Source: an uncultured delta proteobacterium
GTDB taxonomy: Bacteria > Myxococcota > Myxococcia > Myxococcales > Myxococcaceae
Assembly: GCA_963796055.1 (NCBI GenBank)
Contig: CAWCKH010000004.1
Coordinates: 3,594,990-3,658,989 of the forward strand
DNA: 64,000 nt
Reading direction: 5' to 3'
The notes under the pieces: model-generated
Database searches by the model: none
What the model was told of the DNA's origin: nothing
Seen by the model: only the letters and a program-made list of their open reading frames with translations
Part shown: positions 18,905 through 30,643 of the stretch, in pieces
Layout of the letters: each line of letters begins with the position of its first letter
Position numbering within the stretch: position 1 is the stretch's first letter
Made by a program: the position numbers and the translations under genes

Positions 18905-20185
18905 ATGAGCACCGGACGGATCGAGGAGCTCGGGGCGGCCGCGGCCGTTGCTTTGCTGCAGCGGGGCGCGCTCACCGCCGAGGCGCTGGTGCGCGCCTGC
19001 CTGGACCGCATCGCCCGGGACGAGCCGCAGATCCACGCCTGGGCCTGGCTCGACCCCGACCAGGCGCTCGCCGCGGCGCGCGCGGTCGATGCCGGGCCCC
19101 GCAGGCCTCCGCTCTACGGGCTCCCGGTCGGCATCAAGGACATCATCGATACCGCCGATGCACCGACCGAGTGCGGAACGCTCCTCTACCGCGGTCGCCG
19201 CCCGACGAAGGACGCCGCCTGTGTGACCGCGCTGCGACAGGCGGGCGGCGTGGTGCTCGGGAAGACCGTCACCACCGAGCTGGCCTTCTTTGCGCCGGGG
19301 CCGACGCGCAATCCGCGAAACCCCGCCCACACCCCGGGGGGGTCCTCCAGCGGATCCGCGGCGGCGGTGGCGGACTGCATGGTCCCTGCGGCGCTCGGGA
19401 CCCAGACCGCCGGGTCGATCATCCGTCCCGCCGCCTACTGCGGGGTGGTGGGGTTCAAGCCGTCGCACGGCCTGCTCTCGCTCGAGGGCATCCACCCCTT
19501 CGCTCCGTCCCTCGACACCCTCGGCGTGTTCGTTCGCACCGTGGCCGACGTTCCGCCGCTGCTCACCGCGCTCGGGGCACCGGTCGAGGTTCGACAGCTC
19601 TCACGGCCCCCGCGGATCGGGTTGTGGCGGAGCGCCCAGTGGTCGTGCGCCACCCGGGCGATGCAGGAGCGGCTCGAGCACGTCGCCTCCGAGCTGACGC
19701 GGGCCGGAGCCGAGGTGCGCGAGGTGGGGCCGCTTCCGGACGAGCCGGTGCTGGCCGACGACCAGGCGCTGATCATGGCGGCCGAGGCGGCTCGGACCTT
19801 CGGGTCGCTGCGAAGGACCGCGGGTTCGTCCCTCAGCCCCCAGCTGACGGCCCTGCTCGACCGGGGTGTGGCCGCATCTCCCGAAGAGCTCCAGGCGGCG
19901 AAGGTCCGCGCCGGCCGGGCGTGGACCGCGGCCACTGCGCTCCTGGCCGAGCTCGATGTCTTGATGACGCCGAGCGCCCCGGGCGAGGCCCCCGAAGGAC
20001 TCGCCAGCACCGGAGACCCGGTCTTCAACCGGGTGGTGACGATGCTCGGCTTCCCTTGCCTCTCCGTGCCTGCCGGCACCGGTCCGTCTGGCCTTCCGCT
20101 CGGAGTCCAGCTGGTCGGAGCGCCCCGCGCAGAGCCGGCGCTCCTCGCCGTCGCCGCCTGGGTCGAGGCGCGGCTATCCCCCTAG
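18905..20185 (+). CDS. Amidase signature family protein
   Basis: IKD, PGGSSSGSAAAV, GTQTAGSI. Confidence 0.92.
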   Translation: MSTGRIEELGAAAAVALLQRGALTAEALVRACLDRIARDEPQIHAWAWLDPDQALAAARAVDAGPRRPPLYGLPVGIKDIIDTADAPTECGTLLYRGRRPTKDAACVTALRQAGGVVLGKTVTTELAFFAPGPTRNPRNPAHTPGGSSSGSAAAVADCMVPAALGTQTAGSIIRPAAYCGVVGFKPSHGLLSLEGIHPFAPSLDTLGVFVRTVADVPPLLTALGAPVEVRQLSRPPRIGLWRSAQWSCATRAMQERLEHVASELTRAGAEVREVGPLPDEPVLADDQALIMAAEAARTFGSLRRTAGSSLSPQLTALLDRGVAASPEELQAAKVRAGRAWTAATALLAELDVLMTPSAPGEAPEGLASTGDPVFNRVVTMLGFPCLSVPAGTGPSGLPLGVQLVGAPRAEPALLAVAAWVEARLSP

Positions 20186-20709
20186 GGCCCGAGGTGCAGG
20201 CGGCAGAGGCGAACCGATCCGTCGTCCGGATCCGGGGCGATGCTGAACCCGAGGCGCTTCGCCAGGCGCAGCATCGGCTGGTTCACGGCGAGCACGAAAC
20301 CGTCCATCGTGCGCAACCCCTGCCGCTTCGCGGCGTCGATGAGCGCGGTCATGAGCGTGGTCGCCAGTCCGACACCGGCGAAGCTGGAAGCGACGATGAT
20401 CGCAAACTCGCAGCGCGTCCGATCTTCCTCGATGAAGTAGACGGCATGTCCCACGATGTCGATGCCGTCGTCCGCCGGGACCGTTGCCACGATCCCGATG
20501 CCGCCTTCGGGGAATGCTGCGATCGCCTTGCGCAATCGCTCGACGTCGAGCTCGCCGACCGAACCCATGAAGCGCATGTACCGCGCCTCCGCGCTCAGCC
20601 GGCCGAAGGCCTGCACCAGCTCTGCCTCGTCCGTCGCGTCGACGGCGCGGAGGTGGACGACCCGCCCATCGCTCAAGGAGACGTCGTAGTCCTTGAAGGT
20701 GGAGTCCAT
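20182..20709 (-). CDS. GNAT acetyltransferase resembling the Pat-type GNAT domain
   Basis: DGRVVHLRAV...LSAEARYMRF, EFAIIV...GVGLAT, NQPMLRLAKRLGF. Confidence 0.82.
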   Translation of the reverse strand: MDSTFKDYDVSLSDGRVVHLRAVDATDEAELVQAFGRLSAEARYMRFMGSVGELDVERLRKAIAAFPEGGIGIVATVPADDGIDIVGHAVYFIEEDRTRCEFAIIVASSFAGVGLATTLMTALIDAAKRQGLRTMDGFVLAVNQPMLRLAKRLGFSIAPDPDDGSVRLCRLHLGP

Positions 20710-20784
20710 AGGTCACCTGCCGGAGCAAACCTGGGGCGCCTGGCTTCTGCGCTTCCGCGCATCCCATGTTAGACGCCCCGCAGG

Positions 20785-21894
20785 ATGCCGTCCTCCGCAC
20801 CGGCCCACCCGCTCGACCTCCTGGGCCTCCCGCTCGAGCAGCTGACCCGCCTCGTCGTCGACGAGCTCGGAGAGCGTCCGTTCCACGCCCGGCAGCTCTA
20901 TCGGTGGATCCACCAGCGAGGCGTCACCGACTTCGACCAGATGACCGACCTCTCCAGGGCGCTCCGGGCAAAGCTCGGTGAGCGGTGCGCGCTCGAGCCG
21001 CTCTCCAAGGACCTGGAGCAGCGCAGCACCGACGGGACCATCAAGTACCGCTTTCGCACCCGCGACGGTCGGCTCATCGAGAGTGTCTACATGCCGGCGA
21101 CCGACCGGAAGACGCTCTGCGTCTCCACCCAGGTCGGCTGCGCGATGGCCTGCAAGTTCTGCATGACCGGCACGCTCGGCCTGCTGCGCAACCTCTCCGC
21201 GGCGGAGATCGTCGCCCAGGTCCACACGGTCAACCGCGAGGTCGCGCAGAACGAGGGCCTGGCGCTGACCCGGCCGCTCACCAACCTCGTCTTCATGGGA
21301 ATGGGCGAGCCGCTGCACAACTTCGAGAACCTCAAGGACGCGCTCCACATCCTCCAGTCCGAGGACGGGCCCAACTTCTCCCACCGCCACATCACCGTCT
21401 CCACCGTGGGCCTCGTCCCGATGATCGCCCGCCTCGGCGCCGAGACCGACGTGAAGCTCGCCATCTCCCTCAACGCCACCACCGACGAGCAGCGGGACGA
21501 GCTGATGCCGGTGAACCACAAGTGGAAGATCGCGGATCTCATGGAGGCCTGCCGGCAGTTCCCGCTGCGGCAGGGGCGGCGCATCACCTTCGAGTACGTG
21601 CTGCTCCGCGGGGTGAACGACAGCGACGAGGACGCCCAGCGTCTGGTGGAGCTGCTCCGCGAGGTCCCGGCGAAGGTGAACCTCATCCCCTACAACGAGA
21701 ACCCCGGCCTCGGCTTCTTCACCACCGGTGAGGAGCGGGCGGAGCGGTTCCGGGAGATCCTCGCCCGCGGCCACGTCGCCGCCTTCATCCGCGAGAACCG
21801 CGGACGCGACATCGCCGCAGCCTGCGGGCAGCTCGCCAACCGGCAGGGCCCCGGAGCCGCAGCGCAAGAATCTCCTAGCGGCGCGACGGCCTGA
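20785..21894 (+). CDS. rlmN: 23S rRNA (adenine2503-C2)-methyltransferase, radical SAM
   Basis: CAMACKFC (CxxxCxxC), MGMGEP, AACGQL. Confidence 0.96.
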   Translation: MPSSAPAHPLDLLGLPLEQLTRLVVDELGERPFHARQLYRWIHQRGVTDFDQMTDLSRALRAKLGERCALEPLSKDLEQRSTDGTIKYRFRTRDGRLIESVYMPATDRKTLCVSTQVGCAMACKFCMTGTLGLLRNLSAAEIVAQVHTVNREVAQNEGLALTRPLTNLVFMGMGEPLHNFENLKDALHILQSEDGPNFSHRHITVSTVGLVPMIARLGAETDVKLAISLNATTDEQRDELMPVNHKWKIADLMEACRQFPLRQGRRITFEYVLLRGVNDSDEDAQRLVELLREVPAKVNLIPYNENPGLGFFTTGEERAERFREILARGHVAAFIRENRGRDIAAACGQLANRQGPGAAAQESPSGATA

Positions 21895-21914
21895 GCGCGA
21901 GACGGGGGGGCACC

Positions 21915-22448
21915 ATGGCCCTTTCCTCGTTCCTCGACGCGCTCTCCGCCCCCGGTCCCGCCCAGGACCGTGCGACCGGCCTCCAGCTCTACGCCTTCCT
22001 CGTTGGCAGCTGGTCGCTCGACGTTCGCTATCCGCAGCCGGACGGCACCAGCCTCCGCAGCCGGGGCGAGGTGCACGCCGGCTGGGTCCTCGAGGGCCGG
22101 GCGATCCAGGACGTGTGGATCGTCCCGGCCCGCGGGCTTCCCCGCGGCGAGCTCCCCGCCCCCTTCGAGTTCTACGGAACCACGCTCCGGATCTACGACC
22201 CGGCCCTGGACGCCTGGCACATCCTCTGGAGCGACCCGATGCGCCAGCTCTACCGGCGCCAGCTCGGCCGGGCGGAAGGTCCGGACATCATCCAGCTCGG
22301 GAAGGACGACGCGGGCGCCCTCGTCCGGTGGTCTTTCCGCGACCGGACGCACGACGCGTTCCGCTGGTGCGGCGAGCACTCCCCGGATGGCGGGGTGACC
22401 TGGACCCTCATGGCCGAGTTCCACGCGCGCCGTGAAAACAGGTCGTAA
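21915..22448 (+). CDS. Conserved hypothetical beta-barrel-like protein
   Basis: WVLEGRAIQDVW, YGTTLRIYDP, SPDGGVTW; RBS present. Confidence 0.7.
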   Translation: MALSSFLDALSAPGPAQDRATGLQLYAFLVGSWSLDVRYPQPDGTSLRSRGEVHAGWVLEGRAIQDVWIVPARGLPRGELPAPFEFYGTTLRIYDPALDAWHILWSDPMRQLYRRQLGRAEGPDIIQLGKDDAGALVRWSFRDRTHDAFRWCGEHSPDGGVTWTLMAEFHARRENRS

Positions 22449-22471
22449 CTGCCCGACATCCCGAGCCGTTC

Positions 22472-22500
22472 TTGACAAGCAGGCGAGCCACGACTAATCC
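22472..22500 (+). promoter_or_regulatory. sigma70 promoter of the rpsP operon
   Basis: TTGACA-N17-TAATCC. Confidence 0.6.
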
Positions 22501-22527
22501 CGCGCGTTCCCCAAGACGGAGAGGATC

Positions 22528-22779
22528 ATGGCTGTCGTGCTTCGGCTCGCTCGCGCGGGCGCAAAGAAGATGCCGTACTACCACGTGGTTGCCACCGACT
22601 CGCGCAACCCGCGGGACGGCAAGTTCATCGAGGCCATCGGGGCGTACGACCCCAACCTCGAGCCCCCGAAGATCGAGTTTCAGCAGGAGCGGCTCGAGCA
22701 CTGGCTCAAGGCGGGCGCGACCCCGTCGGAGACGGTGGCGGGGCTGATCAAGCGCGCCAGCAAGACCCCCAAGGCCTGA
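22528..22779 (+). CDS. rpsP: 30S ribosomal protein S16
   Basis: MAVVLRLARAGAKKMPYYHVVATDSRNPRDGKFIE. Confidence 0.97.
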   Translation: MAVVLRLARAGAKKMPYYHVVATDSRNPRDGKFIEAIGAYDPNLEPPKIEFQQERLEHWLKAGATPSETVAGLIKRASKTPKA

Positions 22780-22783
22780 GGCC

Positions 22784-23065
22784 GTGGAGGAGCTGTTGAT
22801 GTCCCTGGCCCGGGGACTGGTGGACCGCCCGGACCAGGTCGAGCTGCGGAGCCAGCCGGCAGACGGCGGCACCCTGTTCGAGCTGAAGGTTGCCCCCGAG
22901 GACGTGGGGAAGGTCATCGGCCGCGATGGCCGCACCGTGAACGCCATCCGGACCTTGCTCTCCGTCGCCGCCCAGCGGCGCGGGGTGAAGGCGCGGCTGG
23001 AGGTGCTGGATGATCGCCGGCCCGCCACCTCGCCTCCGCCCCCCGAGCCTCCACCGGCCGGATGA
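22784..23065 (+). CDS. khpA: KH-domain RNA-binding protein
   Basis: DVGKVIGRDGRT GxxG motif; position between rpsP and rimM. Confidence 0.92.
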   Translation: MEELLMSLARGLVDRPDQVELRSQPADGGTLFELKVAPEDVGKVIGRDGRTVNAIRTLLSVAAQRRGVKARLEVLDDRRPATSPPPPEPPPAG

Positions 23066-23580
23066 ACCCGCCCCGCCCCACGCTGGAGGTGGGGTACGTG
23101 GCGCGCGTGCACGGGCTGAAAGGTGAGCTGGCGGTGCGTACCTTCGATCCCGAGTCCGAGGCGCTCCCCTCCGTGAAACGGCTGGTGCTCCGGCTTCGGT
23201 CCGGCGAGGAGCGGCACGTCGCGCTCGCCAGCGCACGCCGCGCGGCCGACACCACCCTGGTCTGCATCGCGGGGGTGGACTCCCGCTCGGCCGCCGAGGC
23301 CTTCAGGGGCGCCACCGTGCTGGTCCACCGGGAGGACCTTCCGCCCCCAGGCGAGGGCGAGTGGTTCCAGGGAGACCTGGTGGGCCTCGAGGCCCGCACG
23401 CCCGAGGGTGCGCCCCTGGGCCGGGTGACGGAGATCTGGAACACCGGCCCGGTCCCGAACCTCGTCATCGAGGGCACCGGTCCCGAACCCCTGGTCGTCC
23501 CCTTCGTCGACGAGTTCGTCCCCGAGGTCGACGTCCAGGGGGGGGTGCTCGTCGTCCGGCCTCCGGAGATGCTGGAGTAG
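23062..23580 (+). CDS. rimM: Ribosome maturation factor RimM
   Basis: HGLKGEL, DLVGLE, VPFVDEFV; synteny. Confidence 0.93.
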   Translation: MNPPRPTLEVGYVARVHGLKGELAVRTFDPESEALPSVKRLVLRLRSGEERHVALASARRAADTTLVCIAGVDSRSAAEAFRGATVLVHREDLPPPGEGEWFQGDLVGLEARTPEGAPLGRVTEIWNTGPVPNLVIEGTGPEPLVVPFVDEFVPEVDVQGGVLVVRPPEMLE

Positions 23581-23592
23581 GCGGCAGCGGCC

Positions 23593-24327
23593 ATGTGGCA
23601 GGCGGAGATCCTCACCCTCTTCCCGGCGATGGTGACCGGGTACCTCGAGGCGAGCATCCTCGGAAAGGCCCGTGCCCGCGGGCTGCTCCGGGTCGAGCCG
23701 CGTGACATCCGCGAGCACGCCGAGGGAAAGCACCGGGTGACGGACGACGCCCCCTACGGCGGCGGGGCAGGGATGGTCATGAAGCCCGAGCCGCTGGTCA
23801 CGGCCATCGAGGCTGCCCGGGTGGCGCTCCCCGGGGCGCGGGTGCTCCTCACCTCGCCACGCGGGGAGCAGTTCACGCAAGCCATGGCGCGGGCGCTCGC
23901 CGCTGGCCCGACGGATCTCATCCTGGTCGCCGGACGCTACGAGGGAGTGGACGAGCGGGTCCGCGCGTACGTCGACGCCGAGGTCTCGCTCGGCGACTTC
24001 GTCCTCACCGGGGGCGAGCTCGTGGCCCTGTCCATCGTCGACGCGGTGGCGCGGCTGCTCCCCGGCACGCTCGGAAACGCCGAGTCGTCCGGCGCGGAGA
24101 GCTTCGAGGGCGGGCTGCTCGAGTACCCGCACTACACGCGGCCCGCGGAGTTCCGCGGCATTGCCGTTCCCGAGGTGCTCCAGGGCGGAGACCACGCCCG
24201 CATCGCCCGGTGGCGGCGCTGGCATCAGCTCCAGCTCACCCGCGCCCGGCGGCCAGATCTGCTCGAGGGTGCGGGCCTGTCGGACGAGGATCGGCGCCTG
24301 CTGGTACTGGAGGAGAAGGACCTCTGA
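23593..24327 (+). CDS. trmD: tRNA (guanine37-N1)-methyltransferase
   Basis: [42 protein letters not shown]. Confidence 0.97.
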   Translation: MWQAEILTLFPAMVTGYLEASILGKARARGLLRVEPRDIREHAEGKHRVTDDAPYGGGAGMVMKPEPLVTAIEAARVALPGARVLLTSPRGEQFTQAMARALAAGPTDLILVAGRYEGVDERVRAYVDAEVSLGDFVLTGGELVALSIVDAVARLLPGTLGNAESSGAESFEGGLLEYPHYTRPAEFRGIAVPEVLQGGDHARIARWRRWHQLQLTRARRPDLLEGAGLSDEDRRLLVLEEKDL

Positions 24328-24404
24328 ATCCGGGGACTTGTGCTTGCGATGGGGCGGCCCGTCTGCTATCTGGCCCGGCTCCCCATCCGTCGGAGTTTGT
24401 AGCC

Positions 24405-24884
24405 ATGCGCCCGAGCGCCCTGGAGTACATCGAGTCGAAGCAGCTGCGGAAGGACGTCACCGACTTCCGCACCGGTGACACCGTCCGCGTGCACTGGAAG
24501 GTCCGCGAGGGTGAGAAGGAGCGCGTGCAGCCGTTCGAGGGTGTGGTCATCCGCAAGACCAAGGGTGCCAACCGGGCGACCTTCACCGTACGCAAGGTGT
24601 CCTACGGAGTCGGCGTGGAGCGCATCTTTCCGCTGCACAGCCCCCGCTACGAGCGCATCGAGGTGCTGACCCGCGGTGACGTGCGGCACAACCGCCTGTT
24701 CTACCTCCGTGATCTCCGCGGGAAGGCGAGCCGCGTGGACACCCAGGAAGAGCTGGTCGAGGGTGCCGCCCCGGGCACCCCGCCGGCCGCCGAGGCTTCC
24801 CCGGACACGCCGGCTTCACCTGCCCCGGCCCCCAAGGGCAAGAAGGCCAAGAGCGGCAAGGCCGCAGCCGCCGCGCAGAACTGA
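24405..24884 (+). CDS. rplS: 50S ribosomal protein L19 with Ala/Pro/Lys-rich C-terminal tail
   Basis: [41 protein letters not shown]. Confidence 0.96.
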   Translation: MRPSALEYIESKQLRKDVTDFRTGDTVRVHWKVREGEKERVQPFEGVVIRKTKGANRATFTVRKVSYGVGVERIFPLHSPRYERIEVLTRGDVRHNRLFYLRDLRGKASRVDTQEELVEGAAPGTPPAAEASPDTPASPAPAPKGKKAKSGKAAAAAQN

Positions 24885-24915
24885 GCCGCTGCTGCGCTAG
24901 ACTCGACCGCTGCGC

Positions 24916-26772
24916 ATGCACTGGGTCGAGTTTGCGCTCCAGGGCGTCCGCGGGTTCCTGCCCAGCGTTCGCGTCTCCCTGAAGCCCGGTTACTGGACGT
25001 TGCTCCCGAACACGCCGGGCGCACCGCTCGTGGGGCTCACCTCCGAGCTGTGCTTCCCCGACGGGCGGGGCGGTGACGCGCGCTACGCCTCCGCCGAGGG
25101 CGGCACCACCAGCAAGGCCGCGCTGTGGATCGTCGGTCGCGACGGCACGACCTACCGCCTGCTGCGCGAGCTGGGCCGCTCGGGCTCCCTGCACCGGGTG
25201 AACGCCAGCACCCGAGGGCACGACCTCATCACCGAGGACCCGACGGAGATGGCGCAGTTCCTCCGGGCGCAGGTGGGCTTCCCGCCCCGCGGCCGCTACG
25301 AGACCGTCTTCACCTTCACCCCGGGCCAGCTGCCCACCAGGCGTCCGAAGCGCCAGCCGGCGTCCCCCTCGGGACTGGGCGGCGGCAGCTCGCCCGCCAC
25401 GCCCGAGCCTCCGATGGATCCGATGCAGGCCCGGGCCCGGCTGGCCGAGCTGGAGCGGGAGATGGCGGTCTCCACCGAGGTGGAGCGCCTCCAGTTCCGC
25501 GTCGACGGGGTGACCGCGCAGGTGTTCCAGCTCGAGACGCGGGTGAAGTCGGTGCAGGGCCTGGAGCAGGAGCTGGCCGAGGCCCAGCGGGGCTTGCAGC
25601 AGGCGCCCACGGTGGAGAGCCTGGGGCTCATCCCCGACATCGTGGAGCGGGCGAAGGGCTTCCCGGCGCTGGTGGCCAGGGTGGACGAGACCCTGGCCAA
25701 GCTCGAGGCCGAGCGGCAGGTGGACGTGGTCACCGCCCCCAATCCGAGCCCGCTGAGGCGTGACGGTCGGTTCTGGGCCGGCATGGCGCTCGGGGCGGCG
25801 GCGCTCTTCACCGGGGCCACCGTGACCGGGCCGCTGAAGTACCTCGCCCTGCTGGACATCCCCGCCTTCGGGCTGGCGGCGCTGGTGGCGCTCAAGCGGG
25901 TGGAGGACCTCCAGTGGTCGGAGCTGGCGGTCCGCAAGACCGACCGGCTCGGCGACCGCGAGCGGCAGGTGCGCGAGCAGTTCGAGACCGACGCCCAGCC
26001 GGTGCGCAACGCGATGAAGATCCTCGGGGTCGAGCAGCCGCACGAGATCGTGGCCGCGCTCGAGGAGCACGGGAGGTGGGGGACCCGGGTCGCGGACATG
26101 GAGAAGCTGCTCCAGACCGCCAAGCTCAACCCCGAGTACGTCGCCGCCGCCACCCAGCTCGCCGAGCTGCGCGCCGAGCTGGAGTCGCTCAACGCCAAGC
26201 TCGGCGAAAAGGGCAGCTACGTGCGTGACGCCCGCGACGTCGAGCGGGAGATGGCGCGGGTGCGCGAGGCCCTCACCCCCACGCCGCGGCGCGTCTCCAG
26301 GCCCGGGGTTCCGGCGGCGCAGACCCCGGAGGGGCTCGACGACTTCACGCCTGCGCTGGTGAGCGCCGCCGCAGATCTCCTGACGGTGGACGTGCCGACG
26401 CTCGCCTCGCGCGTCGCCGAACGCTGCGCGCAGTACACCAGCGCATTGACCGAGCGCCGCGTCGAGCGCCTGGACATCGCCCACGACGGACAGGGGACGG
26501 CTCGGGTCGGCGGGCGGCAGGTTCCCGTCGGTCAGCTGGACCCGCGAGACGTCGACTGGGTCTGGCTCGCGCTCCGTCTGTCGCTCCTCGAGCGGCTCGT
26601 CGCCCACGAGCCGATGCCGGTGCTGCTGGAGGACATGGCGACGGGGATGGACGAGGCGCGGCTGCCGATGCTCGGCCGGATGCTGAAGGGGCTCGGGACC
26701 GGGACGCAGCTGCTCCACGTGACCGCCCACCCGGTGTTCGCCTCGATGTCCGAGGGCTCCCTGAACGTCTGA
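24916..26772 (+). CDS. SMC/Rad50/YhaN-like coiled-coil protein with degenerate ATPase motifs and a central hydrophobic hairpin
   Basis: Coiled coils flank two hydrophobic helices; C-terminal LALRLSL...PVLLEDMATGMD...LLHVTAH; no recognisable Walker A. Confidence 0.7.
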   Translation: MHWVEFALQGVRGFLPSVRVSLKPGYWTLLPNTPGAPLVGLTSELCFPDGRGGDARYASAEGGTTSKAALWIVGRDGTTYRLLRELGRSGSLHRVNASTRGHDLITEDPTEMAQFLRAQVGFPPRGRYETVFTFTPGQLPTRRPKRQPASPSGLGGGSSPATPEPPMDPMQARARLAELEREMAVSTEVERLQFRVDGVTAQVFQLETRVKSVQGLEQELAEAQRGLQQAPTVESLGLIPDIVERAKGFPALVARVDETLAKLEAERQVDVVTAPNPSPLRRDGRFWAGMALGAAALFTGATVTGPLKYLALLDIPAFGLAALVALKRVEDLQWSELAVRKTDRLGDRERQVREQFETDAQPVRNAMKILGVEQPHEIVAALEEHGRWGTRVADMEKLLQTAKLNPEYVAAATQLAELRAELESLNAKLGEKGSYVRDARDVEREMARVREALTPTPRRVSRPGVPAAQTPEGLDDFTPALVSAAADLLTVDVPTLASRVAERCAQYTSALTERRVERLDIAHDGQGTARVGGRQVPVGQLDPRDVDWVWLALRLSLLERLVAHEPMPVLLEDMATGMDEARLPMLGRMLKGLGTGTQLLHVTAHPVFASMSEGSLNV

Positions 26773-26811
26773 CCGGCCCCGTACAGTTCCTTCGTCGATC
26801 GGACGTGGGGG

Positions 26812-27189
26812 GTGGGAATGGGCGAGGTGGATCGGTCGAGGCTCGGCTCGGAGGCCGAGGAGCAGTGCGTGGCCTGGCTGGAGCGCGCGGGGTACCGCAT
26901 CCGCGAGCGGAACTGGCTGGTGCGCGAGGGCGAGCTGGACATCGTGGCGGAGCGGGACGAGTTCCTGTGCTTCGTCGAGGTTCGGATGCGGACCTCGGCG
27001 CGCTTCGGCGAGCCGGCGCTGACGGTGACCCGGGAGAAGCAGCGGCGGGTCGTGCGGGCCGCCCTGCGCTACCTCCAGCGGCGGCCTGCCGCCCGGCGGA
27101 TGATTCGCTTCGACGTGATGACCGTCCTCGGCCAGGGTCCGGGCGCAGTCATCGAGCATCTGCCTGGCGCGTTCGACGCCGGGATGTGA
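26812..27189 (+). CDS. yraN: YraN family (UPF0102) putative nuclease
   Basis: LGSEAE, GELDIVA, FVEVR, RFDV. Confidence 0.9.
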   Translation: MGMGEVDRSRLGSEAEEQCVAWLERAGYRIRERNWLVREGELDIVAERDEFLCFVEVRMRTSARFGEPALTVTREKQRRVVRAALRYLQRRPAARRMIRFDVMTVLGQGPGAVIEHLPGAFDAGM

Positions 27190-27211
27190 GAGCGTCGCCG
27201 GCCAGGCGCAC

Positions 27212-28039
27212 ATGGCTGGCACCCTGCATCTCGTCGCGACGCCGATCGGAAACCTGGGAGACGTGACCGCCCGGGCGGCGGAGGTGCTCCGCGCCGTGGC
27301 CTTCGTGGTCTGCGAGGACACGCGGCACTCGGGGCCGTGGCTCAGGTCGATGGGCGTGCAGGCCCCGCTGCTGAGCCTGCCGGCGTTCGCGGAGAAGGAA
27401 CGGGCGGGGCGAATCCTCGCCCGCCTCGAGGCAGGGGAGGACGGGGCGCTGGTGACCGACGCCGGGAGCCCCGGCATCAGCGACCCGGGTGAGGCGCTCG
27501 TCGCCGAGGCGGTGGCTCGCGGCATCCGGGTGGTGCCGGTCCCGGGCCCGAGCGCGGTCATCGCTGCCCTGAGCGCCTCGGGGCTGCCCTCGGGACGCTT
27601 TCATTTTCTCGGCTTCCTCCCGCGCTCGGGGCCGGATTGGACGGCGGTGCTCGACGAGGTCGCGGGGCTCCGGGCGACGCTCGTTCTCTACGAGGCGGCG
27701 CGTCGGCTGGGCGAGACGCTGGCCGACCTCGGGTCGGCGCTCGGACCGCGGCGGGCGGTCGTGGCCCGCGAGCTGACCAAGGTGCACGAGGAGCTCGTCC
27801 GCGGGACGCTGCCCGAGCTCGCGGCCCGCTACCGGGACGGCCCGCCGCTCGGAGAAGTGGTGGTCGTGGTCGAGGGTCGGACCGAGGCGGCCCGCTGGAG
27901 CGAGGCGGAGGTGCTGGCTGCGGTCGCGTCCGGGCTCGCGCGCGGTGAGCGGCTCAAGTCGCTCTCCACCGAGGTGGCGCGTCAGGCCGGCTGGACCAGC
28001 GCCGAGGTGTACCGGCTGGGCGCGCGCGGCCGTCGATGA
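27212..28039 (+). CDS. rsmI: 16S rRNA (cytidine1402-2'-O)-methyltransferase
   Basis: VATPIGNLGD, CEDTR, DAGSPGISDPG, RELTKVHEE. Confidence 0.96.
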   Translation: MAGTLHLVATPIGNLGDVTARAAEVLRAVAFVVCEDTRHSGPWLRSMGVQAPLLSLPAFAEKERAGRILARLEAGEDGALVTDAGSPGISDPGEALVAEAVARGIRVVPVPGPSAVIAALSASGLPSGRFHFLGFLPRSGPDWTAVLDEVAGLRATLVLYEAARRLGETLADLGSALGPRRAVVARELTKVHEELVRGTLPELAARYRDGPPLGEVVVVVEGRTEAARWSEAEVLAAVASGLARGERLKSLSTEVARQAGWTSAEVYRLGARGRR

Positions 28040-28075
28040 GCTGCGTGCCGAGGGTCGGAGCCATCAGCCCTCCTG

Positions 28076-29149
28076 CTAGCGACCTGTTCCGATGGTCCCG
28101 AGCGCCGGTCCCGGCGTGGCCGCCACCGGCGCGGTCATCATCGACCGCCACTTCGCGACCTGCTCGGTGAGCGCGGGCCTGTCCGCGGCGGCGAGCGAGA
28201 CCTTCTGCGTCGGGTGGACGTCGAACGGGTCCAGCACCCGGTCCGAGGCGGACATCAGCTGGTAGTGCAGGTGCGGCGCGAAGCTGTGCCCGCTGTTCCC
28301 GCTGTGGGCGATGACCTCGCCCTGCTTCACCCGGGTCCCCACGGTGAGCGTCCGGGGTAGCTCGGAGAGGTGGAGGAAGATGGCCTTCAGATGCGGGGGC
28401 CCGGCCTCGGTCACTTCCAGGCTGTTGCCGTTGCCGCGGAAGAACCAGTTCTTCCGGGTGATGGTCCCGTCGAAGGTCGCCTTCACCGGTGTGCCCACCG
28501 GGGTCTTGAAGTCCACCCCCTTGTGCTTCCGGCCGTCCTTCAGCAGCGAGGTGATCTGCTCCCAGCTGTCCAGAGGGGAGGGCTCCAGCCGCAATTCCAG
28601 ATCCTCGCCGTCCGGCCCGTAGAACCGTGCGAACTGCGCGCCCGCCGGCTTGAAGCGATAGGCCTCGAACGTCCGGCCTGCTCTGGCGCTCTGCAGCCGC
28701 ACCGCGGTCACCAGCGGCTCCTGCCCGGGCTGCGGCTCGTACAGCACCTCCAGCAGGTCGCCCTTGCGAAGGTCCCCCGGCACGGCGATCCACCAGACCA
28801 GGATCCGCTTCACCACCTGGGTGAGGGCCGGTCCGGTCTCGTTTCCGGCGCCCGAAACCAGCGCGGCCTCGAGCGGGCCGTCGATGCGCACCGAAAGGAC
28901 CCGCGGACCGGTGGGGACCGGCGGGGCCACCGGCGCCTGTGTCACCCCCGGCACCGCGGTGGAGCCCGGCGCACTGAGCACCGGCGCGGGCGCCACCACC
29001 GGCACCTGTGCCACGGGCGCGGCAGGGCGCTGCCTGCGGTGCCACAGATAGCCGCCCGCGCCCACCACGAGGGCGAGGAACAGCACCACCCACCTGCGAC
29101 CACTCGATCGCCGGGCCGGCTGGCCCAGCACTGGCATCTTCACCGGCAT
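28076..29149 (-). CDS. M23 family metallopeptidase
   Basis: HKGVD, GNSGHSFAPHLHY; N-terminal TM helix. Confidence 0.9.
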   Translation of the reverse strand: MPVKMPVLGQPARRSSGRRWVVLFLALVVGAGGYLWHRRQRPAAPVAQVPVVAPAPVLSAPGSTAVPGVTQAPVAPPVPTGPRVLSVRIDGPLEAALVSGAGNETGPALTQVVKRILVWWIAVPGDLRKGDLLEVLYEPQPGQEPLVTAVRLQSARAGRTFEAYRFKPAGAQFARFYGPDGEDLELRLEPSPLDSWEQITSLLKDGRKHKGVDFKTPVGTPVKATFDGTITRKNWFFRGNGNSLEVTEAGPPHLKAIFLHLSELPRTLTVGTRVKQGEVIAHSGNSGHSFAPHLHYQLMSASDRVLDPFDVHPTQKVSLAAADRPALTEQVAKWRSMMTAPVAATPGPALGTIGTGR

Positions 29150-29171
29150 CGTTGCCCGTCCGCCTCCACGA

Positions 29172-30569
<1,398 letters not shown>

Positions 30570-30643
30570 GTGTGGCGAGCCGGGCACGATGCGGGGAGAG
30601 CGCATGCCAGGTCAAGAGGAGCCCCGGGGACTTCGAGGCTAGA

